In this document: one piece after another, positions 23,701-37,180 of the stretch | Position numbering within the stretch: position 1 is the first letter of the stretch | How the letters are laid out: each line of letters begins with the position of its first letter | Origin: Chara braunii | Taxonomy: Eukaryota > Plantae > Charophyceae | NCBI GenBank assembly: GCA_003427395.1 | Contig: BFEA01000044.1 | Coordinates: 289,306-353,208 of the forward strand | DNA length: 63,903 nt | Reading direction: 5' to 3' | Position numbers and translations under genes: made by a program | The notes under the pieces: generated by a model | Database searches by the model: none | What the model was told of the DNA's origin: nothing | What the model saw: only the letters and a program-made list of their open reading frames with translations

Positions 23701-26700
23701 CTGCTGAAATCGTTAAATGAGAGGAAGTTGGTCATGAATCCAGATGTCATGCCCGTGGAGGAACATGGAAGGCGTTATAACCGTCTCACGGGTCTGCAGG
23801 AGGTGTGCGTTCTCATGGTCGATGACCTTCTTCCTCGTGAGCTCGAGATTCGCTTGCGTGCTCCTCTTTCGAGTGAGCGGTAAACGGTTGTGGTTCAAGA
23901 ATATTCCCGGGCGCATGACTGCTTGAGGTTTGTTTTGCTTTTCCCGAGGGGAATTTATAGTCGGTATGTCCGGCGTGCATCAAAAGGTGGATGGCCGGCA
24001 GGACTCAGTATCAAGGAGTACGCGATGATGAAAGACCTTGCCTCCTTTATGCAGCACGTCCTTTGCACGAGTTTTGTTGCATGGCATACACTAAAGTTGA
24101 ATCCCTTCGCTTAAAATGGGTGAGATTTCATAAAAAAGATTTGCGGTCAGAGTATTTTACGAGATGATGTGGAACAAAATCAACGTGGTGACAGTGTTGG
24201 GACAAAAGTGGTTTTACCGTCAACATTCACTGAGGTTTCCTGATATATGAGTGAAAGATATGACGACCGCATAGCAATCATGAGGCGATTCGGAAAACCG
24301 GATATTTTCATCACTATGACGTGCAACACTAACTGGCCGGAGATCAAACAAGCTTTGTTGTCAGGTCAATGTCCTAACGACATGCTGGATCTTCTCGCGA
24401 GAATGTTCAAAGGTTATCTTGCACAACTCATCAATGAGATAAAAAACAAACGGATCTTTGGTAGGGTGAATGAAATCTTGTATGTTGTGGAGTTTCAAAA
24501 AATGGGTCCAAGACACACACATATATCTGTTATTTTGCATCAGGATGATAAACTTCGGTATGCAGATGATGTTGACAATGTGGTGTGTGTCGAGATTCCT
24601 CCGGAAGGGGAATTGAGAGAAAGGGTTGTCATGTTCATGTTGCACACGATTTAAGGTGCGGAGAAACGCGACGCTTCGTGTAGGGAGGATGGAGAATGCA
24701 CAAAAGGGTTCCCAAAAAATTTCATTTCGATAACAACATTCAAAGACGGACAAACGTACCCTTCGTATAGGCGAAGGAAACCAAGTGACGGTGGTTTTAC
24801 GATTGTTCAAAATTGTATCGTTTACGATAATCGTCATGTGGTCTCGTATAATCCTTACTTGCTAAGGAGGTTTTATTGTCACTTAAATATTGAATATTGT
24901 GCTAAGATCAAGACGTGCAAGTACGTGTATAATTACGTATACAAAGGGTGTGATCGTGCTATGGTTTGTGAGCAAGATAGTAATCCGCTCATCGATGAAA
25001 TCAAATCGTATCAAGATCTGAGTGTTGTAGGTGCGTGCGAGGCATGTTGGCGTCTATTTGAGTTTGACCTGGCGAAACAATGACCCGCCATCGAAAGATT
25101 GCCCGTGCATATAAAAAACATGCAAAAAGTGCAATTTGAACCTGACACTGAGCATGATGTTGTTTCACATGGCCCCCCGAAAACGAAATTCACGGAGTGG
25201 ATGAAACAAAATTCTTTTAATGGACATGTTCCTAAATAGGAGCTTCCTCTATATGTAGAGATCGTTAATACTCATTTATGGCACAACAAACATAAGAAGT
25301 GAAACCGAAGAAAGCGTTGATCTTCACGGTGGTCCCTTCGAAAAGATTTATCGGTTGCATCATGTGAGGCTCACAGAAGGGGAACGATTCTATCTGCGTG
25401 TGTTTCTAAACCATGAACATTCTCATGAGGTGCACTCTTTTGCCGAAATTCGTACGGTGCACGAAGTCGAATACGATAATTATCTGATCCGTGTGCCTTC
25501 GATTGGGCCTTTTGCAAACCAACGATACATACGATCAATGCATAGAGACAACCGCAAGGTATTATATGCCTAAAGAAGTTCGTAAAGTATTTGTTGTAAT
25601 TCTCCCCTTTGGTCCAATGAACGATCCGGTTCGTTTCTTTGAACGACATTGGGATAAGATGTGTGACGATTTTCAATATCGCGCAGACAATGAAATGGTT
25701 CCCCTCAAAATTTACAATCGTTAGTTTTATTTCATCGTGATCGTATTTTGCAAGAGTCTGGAAAAAACAGCCGTCATTTCTGCCTTTATTATCCGACCTG
25801 ACGAGAGAACAATTACTAAGAACATAACGAGACATTACGAGAACAGAACGGTGTAAACGATGACTTGTTGTATGATCTGATTCAAATGCAACGTAGATAT
25901 GACTCTAATTTTCGACGTCTTCGACCACGCCAGCGAGTGTTGGTGGAAAAAGTTGTTCGGGCTATGCAAAAGAAAAAACCGTTGCGTGTGTTTGTCGATG
26001 CACCGACTTGAACAGGAAAAACGTTTTGCATTGAAACGATTTGGCGGACATCAGGTGTCATTCTGCCGTTCGATGTCATTGGACTGGCTGTGGCATCGAA
26101 TGACATAGCAGCGATACTTTTGACAGGGGTCGAACGTTTCACTCACGATTTCGGGCACCTTTAAAAACTAATAACACGCGTCCTTTCTCAATTCCGAAAC
26201 AAAGTGATTTTGTGGAGTTTATCCGTCGTGCCGACTTGATTGTTTGGGACGAGGCTCTGATGAGTAACAAGTTTCACTTGGAAGCTTTTGATATTAAGCT
26301 TCGGGACCTCTGTACCAATGATGAGCCATTTGGTGGGAAAGTTTTACTTCTTGCTATGATTTTAGAGAGGTTTTGCCCGTTGTGAAACACAGATCGTGAA
26401 ACAAATTGATGCGTTCATCAAAATGTCTTCTTTGTGGAAACTTTTTGACGTTCATCAACTGACCGAAAACATGTGAATCTTAAGCTTAGGCGATTATGAA
26501 ATGACATGAATGTATGCTCACTTTTTCATGCGTGTTGGGAATGGTAATCATCCCCGTGTTGTTCCTAATGAACCTGCTGCAATAAGGTTGTCACATGAGA
26601 TTTGTAGGGATAAACCAATTGATAAGTTGATTTCATGGACATTTGACGATATGTCCAACCACGTGGGGGATGCTGAGTATTTATCGCCTCGGTTAATTCT

Positions 26701-28900
26701 ATGCTCTACTAATGACGATATCGGTTCTGTTAACAACCGTGTTCTTGATAATTTCCTTGGACAAGTACATGAGTTTTTCAACGTTGATTATCCCGATTTG
26801 GATAATACCGGACTCGGTATTGAGCGAGAGTTTTTAAGCTCTCTCAATGAATCAGACCTTTCACCTCACAAGCTGTGAAGCTGCGCTTGAAAATTGGTGC
26901 GTCCGTGATGCTTTTGCGAAATTTATCGCCGAAGCAAGGACTTTGCAATGATACAAGGCTGATTCTAAAAAAAAATGTTAATTGCATTGATCCTCAAGAT
27001 TGATTTGACAATCGATGGTGAAACCACCGGGTTCAAATGGTGTAGGATGCAATTTTTTGTTTGTCTTGCTTTTGCTGTAACGATTAATAAGTCGCAAGGA
27101 CAAACCGTATCGCGTGCGGGGGTTTGGTTGCGTAAGCCGAATTTTTTGGATGACCAACTGTATGTTGCTTTGTCGTGTGTTGGCCATCCCAACAACATCC
27201 ATGTTGCATTGCCCAATAAGAATTTTTTGACAAAGAATATTATATATCATGAACTTTTGGGATGAGTTGTTCAATTTATTTTTTTTCGAGCCTTGGCGTT
27301 TCGATTAATTTTGTCATTTTTTTTTCTTCGCAGGCGATTATCGAATGGACCATAAATATGACACTCGTGCTAAGAGGAAAGCAATGAGAATCAACAATAC
27401 CACTCGAGATGATCCGAATGTTACGTCAAAAGCTGGAGCCGAACATTCAGAGAGATCAAAGAAAAGTGGAAATGATGGGCGATCGGTCAATCTTGGAAGT
27501 AAGCATGCTCAGGACAATCATGTTGTTTTTGGTGAAGTTGAACGTGCATGTTCGTCAGGGAATACCCTTGATGATGCTGAAAACATGGTTGTGGAGGGGG
27601 GTGGTGACGAATGTCGTGCTAATGAGGATGATTCGCGTGAAGGTCTGTCGGGTAGACCTAATATCTTTACATTTTCCGATGACGAGGATGATAACGTTAC
27701 GATAGATTCGAAAGAAAACTGTGTTGAATCCACATTCAAAAAAAGAAAGAGACGTGGTGCGAAAACTAATATTTTGGGTTCCCCGAAGTGCTTGAGCCTA
27801 CCTTGGCTGATAATCAGGCGGGACGACAACCTATTATCGTTGAAACAAGAACTCAAAGTATGAGAGCGCTGAATCTGTTTCACGACGATGCACTTGCATC
27901 TCTTTCGTTTTGTGCACAGCTCGTTGGACGTGCACGTGTTCGTTATTCGTGTTCGCAATCTCAACGCAGTGGATATGAAAAAGATGTTTTCGCCATATCG
28001 CAACCATAAAATCCTTCGGGGGTTGTTGTGGTGCCCGATGATAACGATGCACACAGAGTCCGCACTCTGAATCCGGGCGCTTACCTTGCTAGATGGTTTG
28101 ACGATGTGAAGAAGGTTGACATGCAAAATGTATTGACTGAGGAACTTTTGAAATATTTGTCAAAAGTGCCACAGTCGTAAAAGATGGACGAATATGAGAA
28201 AACTTCATCGACTGGAAAAAAAACAAACTCACTGGTATGTGGTTGGAACGACGATCCCCTCTTCCTTCAGACCCGTTGAATGTTTCGGATTTGGGGGCTT
28301 CTTCTATGTTGCAATCGTTTTTAAATGATGAGTTCATTGCTCTCTCTAATCAGGAGATTACCAGAATGACAATTCATTTGCCACATTGTTTAATCGAAGG
28401 GACAATTCCTCAGTCCTTTCACAGATATGCACAGATACAAAACCTTCTCAAAAGGATTCCTCCCGTGGTTGCTTCTTCCGCTCCTCATTCTGCTCCGGTC
28501 CGTAGACTCCCCCTTCAGGCAGCATTACCTTCAAATTTTCAACGTCTTGCGGATATTGCTCCACCGTCCAACATGTCAACGTCGATTGTCACTACCTCTG
28601 TTGTTATTTCTACTTTGCCAGACGTTACGGCTACTCCGTCTCCTGTCAGTTGTGTTGTGTTCGTTGTTACACCATCAATAGAACATATGCATGTCCATGT
28701 AGGACCCTTGTGAGAACCGAGTTCTTCCCATTTTAACATTACCATATACGACTCTCTTGAATCTTTTGGTCCCCAAAAGACACTTGCACACATGTCTCAT
28801 CTTGACAGGTCTCACAGGATTCACGATATTGTGAAAGCAGCACAGGAATTGAAGACGATCATGAACACTTGGAGGTGCGTGGATGATGTAATTCATCTCG
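20770..28900 (+). mobile_element. Helitron (boundaries approximate)
   Basis: Microsatellite-free block of uniform composition containing RepHel and flanking ORFs; termini not identified. Confidence 0.6.
22984..27265 (+). pseudogene. Helitron Rep/Pif1-helicase (RepHel), many stops and frameshifts
   Basis: CNYCGA..CCRKG Zn finger; GPIYHRVG..FAQLY; FGKPDIFITMTCN..WPEI (motif 1); VEFQKMGPRHTH (HUH motif); KYVYNYVYKG (motif 3); helicase TGKTF, IVWDE, FGGK, LTENM, MLLRNL..GLCN, FAVTINKSQGQT, QLYVALS. Confidence 0.95.
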
Positions 28901-28952
28901 ATTACAATCGGCAAGGACAGGGTCGATTCAGAACTTGGAAAAACCCAGACAG

Positions 28953-29225
28953 CGCAGATTCATTCTAGTTTTGTACATTTGGTGAGTAGTGCAGCCAAGC
29001 CCTGAGAATCACGTGCAGAGACCAACACGGCCTAGCTACGTGAGCAACCCATAACTGCTGAAACACAGACCTGAATTCGGATCTTGAGTATATATTCGGC
29101 CAGCTCGTGCTCTACTTCATATTCACTACCTGCCTTGATTTTGGTGGGGGGTTCTGCGCTACATGGCTGCGAGGACCCTTCAGATAGCCTGCATGGGCCG
29201 TCTGAGCCGTGTTAGGGGGATTCCC
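28953..29225 (+). repeat. Dispersed non-coding repeat (inverted copy at 62970-63245)
   Basis: GCAGCCAAGCCCTGAGAA.CACGTGCAGAGACCAACA.GGCCTAGCTA.GTGAGCAACCCATAACTGCTGAAACACAGACCTGAAT is shared; fragments also near 34750-34790 and 63580-63630. Confidence 0.85.
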
Positions 29226-29585
29226 CCACCCCCCACCCCCCCGAAAAAAAAAGGACCCTTCACATATGGCGGGGGTTGACGCGGTAGGGGGGGTGGGCCT
29301 CCCGGGAGGCTTTTTTTTGCACTTTCGGGGTTCGTTGAACGAGGCCTACCACCCCGTAGTCCGCGACGCGCTCACGCGCCCCCAGGGTCGCGTTCAATTT
29401 TTTTGCGCCACGTGGCACGCAGCGCATTTGAACGCGATTGAACGCGGCCCCAGGGAGTATGAATGCGCGCGTTTGAACGCGAACGCGCGTTTAGCGCGTT
29501 CAACCGGTTGCACAGGACGAGGGCCTACAGGCGACTATCACCAAGGTGCACAACAGGGTTGGGCGGAGGTGCAGTGTATACGGCC

Positions 29586-30327
29586 NNNNNNNNNNNNNNN
29601 NNNNNNNNNNNNNNNNNNNNNNNNNNNNNNNNNNNNNNNNNNNNNNNNNNNNNNNNNNNNNNNNNNNNNNNNNNNNNNNNNNNNNNNNNNNNNNNNNNNN
29701 NNNNNNNNNNNNNNNNNNNNNNNNNNNNNNNNNNNNNNNNNNNNNNNNNNNNNNNNNNNNNNNNNNNNNNNNNNNNNNNNNNNNNNNNNNNNNNNNNNNN
29801 NNNNNNNNNNNNNNNNNNNNNNNNNNNNNNNNNNNNNNNNNNNNNNNNNNNNNNNNNNNNNNNNNNNNNNNNNNNNNNNNNNNNNNNNNNNNNNNNNNNN
29901 NNNNNNNNNNNNNNNNNNNNNNNNNNNNNNNNNNNNNNNNNNNNNNNNNNNNNNNNNNNNNNNNNNNNNNNNNNNNNNNNNNNNNNNNNNNNNNNNNNNN
30001 NNNNNNNNNNNNNNNNNNNNNNNNNNNNNNNNNNNNNNNNNNNNNNNNNNNNNNNNNNNNNNNNNNNNNNNNNNNNNNNNNNNNNNNNNNNNNNNNNNNN
30101 NNNNNNNNNNNNNNNNNNNNNNNNNNNNNNNNNNNNNNNNNNNNNNNNNNNNNNNNNNNNNNNNNNNNNNNNNNNNNNNNNNNNNNNNNNNNNNNNNNNN
30201 NNNNNNNNNNNNNNNNNNNNNNNNNNNNNNNNNNNNNNNNNNNNNNNNNNNNNNNNNNNNNNNNNNNNNNNNNNNNNNNNNNNNNNNNNNNNNNNNNNNN
30301 NNNNNNNNNNNNNNNNNNNNNNNNNNN
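29586..30327. other. Assembly gap (N)
   Basis: N run. Confidence 1.
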
Positions 30328-30358
30328 TGAGGGGGGGGGTCGCCTCCCCCCCCCTATT

Positions 30359-30419
<61 letters not shown>

Positions 30420-30949
30420 CGGTGCAACTGCCAGTCTTTTTTTGCTACGAGTTTTTTTTTTTTTCTGGTCTTTTCTTGTTTTTTATTTTTTTTTAATCCT
30501 TTCAAACGTCAAAAGATAAAAATAAAAACATGGGGTTGTAAATCTTTTCAAGATCTACAACACCATTTTTTTATTTATTTCTTTTGTTTTTTTTTTTGCC
30601 CCTAAATCACTGTGGTACGGTCGTCGTTCGTACCCCCGTACGCCCGTCCGTCCGTACGGACGGACGGGCCGTACTGAGACCCCCCGTACGACGTACGGGG
30701 GACGACATTGCGGAGGTGTAGGCGAGACAGAGTGACTGTGGGTATGCGAGTGGCAGTCACTTACCATGAGGATGACTCGTCGACTGAGACTATGACCAGG
30801 GAGGTGCAGCGCCTCTACCTGGACTCCGAAGAGGAGTCTGAAATGGTGACGCAGAGGCTACTCAATCCTGCACCGGCTGGAGCAGTGGCAGAGGGACCAC
30901 TCGTCTGCGGAGCCCTTGGAAGAGTGGCCAGAGAACAGTTCGCGATGAG

Positions 30950-32750
30950 GACGGCAAAGCTGACTGGGTGGTGTCGGTAGAGAGGGGCTCAGAGGTCAAC
31001 ACGTGTTGACAGGACTCAGAGAGAGAAGTGGGCAGTTACGGGGCCGTAGAGAGAGGGAGAGACATCGTGAAAGCGCGCAGACGATGTCAACTAGGCAGCT
31101 TTTGTACTCCACTCAGTCGCAGAGGAAGATGCGACTGTTGGTGAGAACTATGCTGTGATAAAATGTTAGTCGTGCATGTGATTAAGGGAGGGCGAGACCT
31201 CCGCGAAGGTGCAGAGTGGTGTATACGAGGGTGACATGGCTGACGTCACCTTTCTTGCTCGAGCTACTGTATGACCAACAGAGGTTTGTTACCTGAGACG
31301 AGCTGAGAAGCACGTGGTCTCTTGAGAAGTTGACGTTGGCGATCTCTCCATTGGTCTGCCTCGTCTGAGCTCGACGACTCAGTCTATGTCGCAGACGCCA
31401 CAAGCTCATCTGTGGTTGAGAAACTATGCAGGGCTCAGTGAGCCGAGAGCGAATGTGGACAGTCGTCGATGGGCGCACTGAGCGGGAATGATTTTGGTTG
31501 ATGTCAAAGGTATTGGCCCCTTGGCCCCCTAGTGACGAGACTAAAGGCAGAAGGTTATGCACGTCCTGTTTGTGTCAAGTGCGACAGAGAGAGAGGGAAC
31601 ACGACATGTGGAGGACCAAAGGAGCCTGAGGAGGTGTTAGCAGAGAATCAGAAGTGACAAGATACAAGTGAGTCTACGAGAGCGGGGTGCAAGTAAGTGC
31701 TCGTATGCGCGTGACAAGTTTAGTGAAAAGAACCCCCTGATCGGTGGCGGAAAGACCCTGCGAGAAATCCCTGTTCACGGTACTGTAGACAAGGTTGTCT
31801 ACAGGGTGAGAGGACACTTGGTTCAGCGCACTGCTGGAGAAGTCCTTGTCGAGGGCGTGTACTTCTCGTAAGGAGCATGACCAACGTTGTCACTCTTCAG
31901 AAACACGCTGAACAGTCTGGGGTGACTCATGCTGTCCACTGGTGTCCGAAGGTGACATGCATACGTAAGTCTTCGATTTCATGCCTGTTCTACTCGGAAG
32001 ATTATGATTGATAGCAACAACGCTATCTACGTGTTCCCTGACGAGGACCTCTAGGTGAGAGAGGGAAGAGGGGCTGACAGTGAGTTTGCAAGAAGTAGAG
32101 GTTTGACTGTCTGAAGACTGCGAACTAGGGACGAGCACATGGTCCATGTCCGACTTCATTAACCCAGTCAGTTGAGTGTCTGCCTTCTTAATATTAAGTG
32201 TTCTTTGCCGTATGTCGATCACCGTGTTACTGGGTTTAACCGTTTAAGTTAGTGTCGTGATCCGACAAAAGGGGGCTGATCTTTGCGCGGTGCGAAAACA
32301 TGCGAAAGGCATTTTCTTTTTCTGGATCAGACCTTGCGTGATCTTTGAGGGTAGGTCGCCGTTGTGCATGCAGAAGGGAAAACATCTTGTATCTCTCAGT
32401 TTTTCGCTGTTTACATCAGTTGAAATATAAAAGTCGGATGGACTTAGAACGAGATCAACATGACCATGATTTGTTGATAGTGTCTGTGATAACCGGCTTT
32501 TGGAGGGCAGTTTTAATGAATGGTCTCTCGGACTATAATTGAATATCTCCAGGCTGAATCGGGCCCATACACAAAAGGTTGGTTTCCCTGCCGTTTCGAT
32601 TTTTCTCAAGGTTGTAAACTGCTAAGGTCTCGTTTTCTTTCTTTTTCCTTTTGTGAGCATAGTAGGAGATGAGCTTTTCTGCTTGACGACCTCCGTCTGC
32701 AAAAGTAGGGTATGCGGGTCAGTCCTCTGTGCACTTGGCCAAGTTAACGA
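30950..32750 (-). pseudogene. Highly degraded Ty3/gypsy pol relic
   Basis: AQTRQTN..NVNFSRDHVLLS and FHDVS resemble the integrase GPY/F region; IKTAL..HY..VM near 32440-32520 resembles the RT KTAF..HYEFxVM motif; very decayed. Confidence 0.4.
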
Positions 32751-34543
32751 TCGCCCTCTGCAAGAAACCTTCCATGGCGCACAGAGTTTTAATTGCGTGA
32801 CCTTCTCTGATCCATCTGCGTGATTCGAATAACGATTCTGTTTTGGGGATATGGGCACCTGGCTCGAATGAGAAAGTCAAGGGTCACAAAAACAGTCAGT
32901 AAGTCTAAGTTGTTCATTTGCACGACTTTGCAACCCCAGTGATGAATAAGCGTGCAGGCATGCAAATCTAAGGTAACGCAAAGTCACGAGTATTCACGAA
33001 GTCTCGCGCTCGTGCGGTCGCACGAGCCATTGATGCTCGTGCGGACGCATGAAATCGCAATTTCGCGAGTCTGCATGCGTGGCGACTGCGTGGGTAGATG
33101 ATCATACAGGCTTACAGGCTCACGAGACCATACGAGCCTGCAGGCGAAGTGGCGGCATGAGTGCGTTCAGTTGTACCAGTCTGTAAGAGGCCGAGAGAAC
33201 TCGGACATGTGGGTGCCAGTGCGGCTGTGCAAGCCTACAAGCTTTCCCAAACCCCACGAGCGTAAAATCAGCAAGCTGGATTATCAGTCGAACGCTTAAT
33301 TATGAATAATAATGAGGCCTACCCTGAGACCTGAGGCTGAGTAATGGGGCGGAGAGGAAGGAAACGACAATTGAGAAAATTAATTTATTTAGTTGTCAAG
33401 TTCTTACTTGATGGTGATTAAAGCTGATAGTAAATGATGCTCCAAACGATTTGGCTAGGAGTTGACCAAGGGGATGGTGATGCAACACTTGTCTGTCTTG
33501 CAACGCTGTGATCGAAGTCTGTAGTCGAGAGGCAGCCTCCAGTAATCCCCCTTGCTACTAGAGGGCTTCACGACTGATGACAATTTGTGTTAAATGTTGC
33601 GGGTTGGTTTTCACGATAGGAAGTGGAATGTGATAACCTGTCACTGATCAGAGCCAATCTCCTCGGCTTTACCTGCTCCCCTGTACCGGAAGAGGTATCG
33701 TGCTGCTCAAAGCAAAAAAAAAAAAACGCAGGTATACCCTTGATTCTTCTTAGCCTACTCTGCAAACGAGCCCTGACTTTTAGAGACAGAATTATATAAA
33801 TAACTGACATACATCTCATTGACAATTGAATCGAAAGCTTCCTTGTGTGGGATCAGTAACTCCCAGAGTTCAGATTGGGTGTTCGAGCATCGGGGAGGGC
33901 TATGTCTAAACTGCGGCTTTGAAGAGAGAGCATACTTTTCATTTAATTCGGTCAAGCTGTGTCCGGACGTGCCTCATGCCCAGGGTGACCCTTCCCCATG
34001 AGAGGCTGGCTCTGTGTTTTCCGACTGACGCAGCGTAACTGTCTGAGCCCCACTTTGCGAAAAGGACAAAATAGGCCTCATGTGATTTTACAGGGTCGCC
34101 TTCACTTAGGGCGGCCATGCTTGATGAAAGGCCCCGAAATGCTCAGAGTGGGCTGTGGCCTCGCACTACTCTCCACTGTCCGGAAATTTGGATAGTAGGC
34201 GGAGAGTTTGACAACTCTCCAAAATAGAGTTTTTTCAATCACGCTCCTACTCTCTGATTCCTAAGTCCACTAGCAGACATCGTGACAGCAGATGAAGACA
34301 CAACGTCACCACCGTATTGTCCGCCCAGACTCAAGGCACACTCTCCAAATTCGAGGTCCTATGGTGAGTTCCTCAAAAGGTCTATCCGCGTAACAAATTT
34401 TGCAGGCTGGGCATGAGTGCTTTTCATCGGCGGTTTCTGACAGGTATCCGATGGTCTTCGGGTGGTGGAATCGGATAGTTAGTGCACCCATGAAAAACTC
34501 TCCGAAATCGGAAAGTGGAGAGTAGTGCAGCGAGAACCAGACA

Positions 34544-34632
<89 letters not shown>

Positions 34633-34633
34633 N

Positions 34634-34707
<74 letters not shown>

Positions 34708-35799
34708 GTTGTCCAAAAGGGAGTATCAGCTGCGCTCCACTACTGTAACTCACGAAATGTGCAAATTGAGAATGAATCTTCTGCTAGAACACTGCGGTAT
34801 TTTTGGTCTTTTGTGCAAGTCCTGAGTTGTGTAGCGGCGCCCTATGTCTTCACCCTCTGATGTCGTCGGAGCATTTCTTTTTTTTTTTTTTAATCTCGGA
34901 GTGGTTCTTAACCATTGTTTAAGCCTAAAAAAAAGGGGAGGGGGGGGGAGGGAGACGAAGAACAACACAGAATCACAGGTAGAAAAAAAAAAAGAAACGA
35001 AAACTATGTGCAATGGAAATAAGCAAAAGACAAAAAGCACAGAAGACAAAGATGGAGGGGAAACGAAAAGAAGAAGAGCGGGAACGAGAAAGGGCCTTGC
35101 CACACCAGTGTTGAAACCATGAAATTTTCGCCAACTGTCAGACCATTTTCAACATTCATGGTTTCAACACAAAGGCCGCCTTTGCCACACCTATGTCGAA
35201 GACCCAGAATAAGCAGTTTCGTTGTTAGAAAAGGGAAGAAGAAAAGAAAAAGCAGAAGAAGACATGGGATGTTGAGGCAGCGCCAGTACCCGGACCCTGA
35301 TAGATGCCGAAATACGCACATCCTTCACAACCTCATTTCCGAGATGTTGAAACTCGACCCGCTGCAGGGGGGCCATTCTAGACCCATGTAGAAGCCACTT
35401 CTCTGACGATTGTCGAAGTGTTTTCTGCATTTTCTCTTCGACAGTCTGTGTGGCGAAGAAAACATGTCGAAAACTCCCGTTTCAACATTGGTGTGGCGAG
35501 GCCCAAACAACAATTCAGATAGAGGGGAAACAATAACGACGTTGGCCTGTTGTTTCAACTATAGGACGGTGCCCACTGCATGATAATCGTTCTGATCAGC
35601 ATCCATAGTCCCTCTCTGCAACGTATGTGAACATTTCAGTAGAAAACGCCTCCGGATTCCATCGGCGGCGCACCCTGCATTCCACGGTCTGTGCTCAACC
35701 TAACGGCCCATTCTGGCGCGCAGCGGACCGTGACTTCCCCCCCCACTGCCAATGCCCTAAGAGGTAGGATGCCGACACCATCATCCGCATCACGGAAAG

Positions 35800-37180
35800 T
35801 ACAGGCACAGGACACGTGAACCATGGGACCCCGGACATCCAACGAACACATCAACGATCCCACACTCGTGGTCGCACACCACTTGAGCAACGATGGAGAA
35901 CTGGCCCGTCCTGTCGTAGAAGCATTCATCCTGCTCCTTCAACAGCAATTTTATCAAAACGGACATTTTATTCCTTCAACGAAATTGAAACCTCATAAAT
36001 TGGCCCAATTGAGGTCTATATCTTAAAGCTCCTGAGGGTACGGCGTTCTGAAAACATCTTACCCCCTGGATGCCAGCTAAGTCCAGATACGCCCAGGGGT
36101 ACCCCCTGGACTCCAGCTAAGTCTAGATACATCCAGGAGGTCTGGCGTTTTAAGGACACCTGACCCTCAAGAACTTAAATTTCCACCTAAATCAGGCCAA
36201 TTTATGAGGTTTCAATTTTGTTCAAAAAATAAAAGGGAAAAGTTATGAAACCACCCTGGGTCCCTGCGGGGAAACGGTTGTACGGGGCAAAAAGTGTCAC
36301 AGGCCCCAACATGACTTTTCGTGTCATTTTTGCACCCTGGCTGGGCCAGTAATGCCCACTGTGCGAAAATGGCGGGAAAGTATTTTACAGGGTGCAAAAA
36401 TGACACCAAAAGTCATTTTGGGGCCTGCTGCACTGTTTGCCCCAGGTGGGGGGAAACAAATACAAAGGTTTCCTGGTGGGGAGGTTTTATAACTTTTCCC
36501 ACAATAAAATATTATGTCCATTTCGACAAAATTGCTGTTCTTCGGCTTCTCAAGGTACAAAGTGGGTGCAATCAATTGCTCCCACACACCCTGGGAAGCC
36601 CTTCTTCTCGAACGCGTCCAATGTCCATCGTCTTCTGCAACCACCTGCCTGTAGGGAAGGCGGTGACATGGCCGAACTCCTTTACGATAGCGTCGGCAAC
36701 CTCCTTGTGGCTGTGCAGAGTGCTCATTAGACCTATCCCCAGTGAGTGACTGGACTGCTGGAAGAACCCCCCACTGAATGCATCAGCAACTTTTGCTCGG
36801 CTGGCAATGGCATTCTCCAATTCGTGATCTTCCGTTGAATGAGTGGCCATTCGCTCGAGCACCTCATCGAACACAGGACGTGGCAATCGACAAAACATTT
36901 TGAAGACCTCATCGTATCACACCCCTGTTCGCTCCATGTACCCCTCCGCTGCGTTCAAGCACCCATATCCGCTGCATCTCTCCTGCATGTTCGTGGGCGG
37001 CGGCCCAAGCAGCCTGGAGCAGGCACATACTATGCCACAGCCCCCTAAAGAGCAACAGCAACGCAAAAGGGATGCCATTGTCCCAGAGCGGGAGCACGGA
37101 TGCGACCTGCGCAACGTACATGGCTGCCACGTTTCTCGAGTTCATCCACTGGATGACCACCACGATCATCAGGAACATGG
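35800..37180 (-). pseudogene. PIF/Harbinger DDE transposase, split by an insertion
   Basis: RIWVLERSGG, FCRLPRPVFDEV, FEKKGFPGCVGAIDCTH; after removing 35941-36539 and one TSD it reads LYLEKPKEQDECFYDRTGQFSIVAQVVCDHECGIVDVFVGCPGSHGSRV. Confidence 0.88.
35941..36539. mobile_element. 599-bp TIR element with 4-bp TSD CTTC and two internal foldbacks
   Basis: TIR AACAGCAATTTTRTCRAAAYGGACAT; CTTC at 35937-35940 and 36540-36543; internal inverted repeats 35982-36005/36195-36218 and about 36235-36340/36388-36500. Confidence 0.85.

Noticed and set aside
29209-30605. Long ORFs of 300-380 aa
   Set aside because: They are artefacts of translating through the N gap.
34306-34520. Host exon with CPACKIC
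   Set aside because: No recognisable domain or consistent splice partners.
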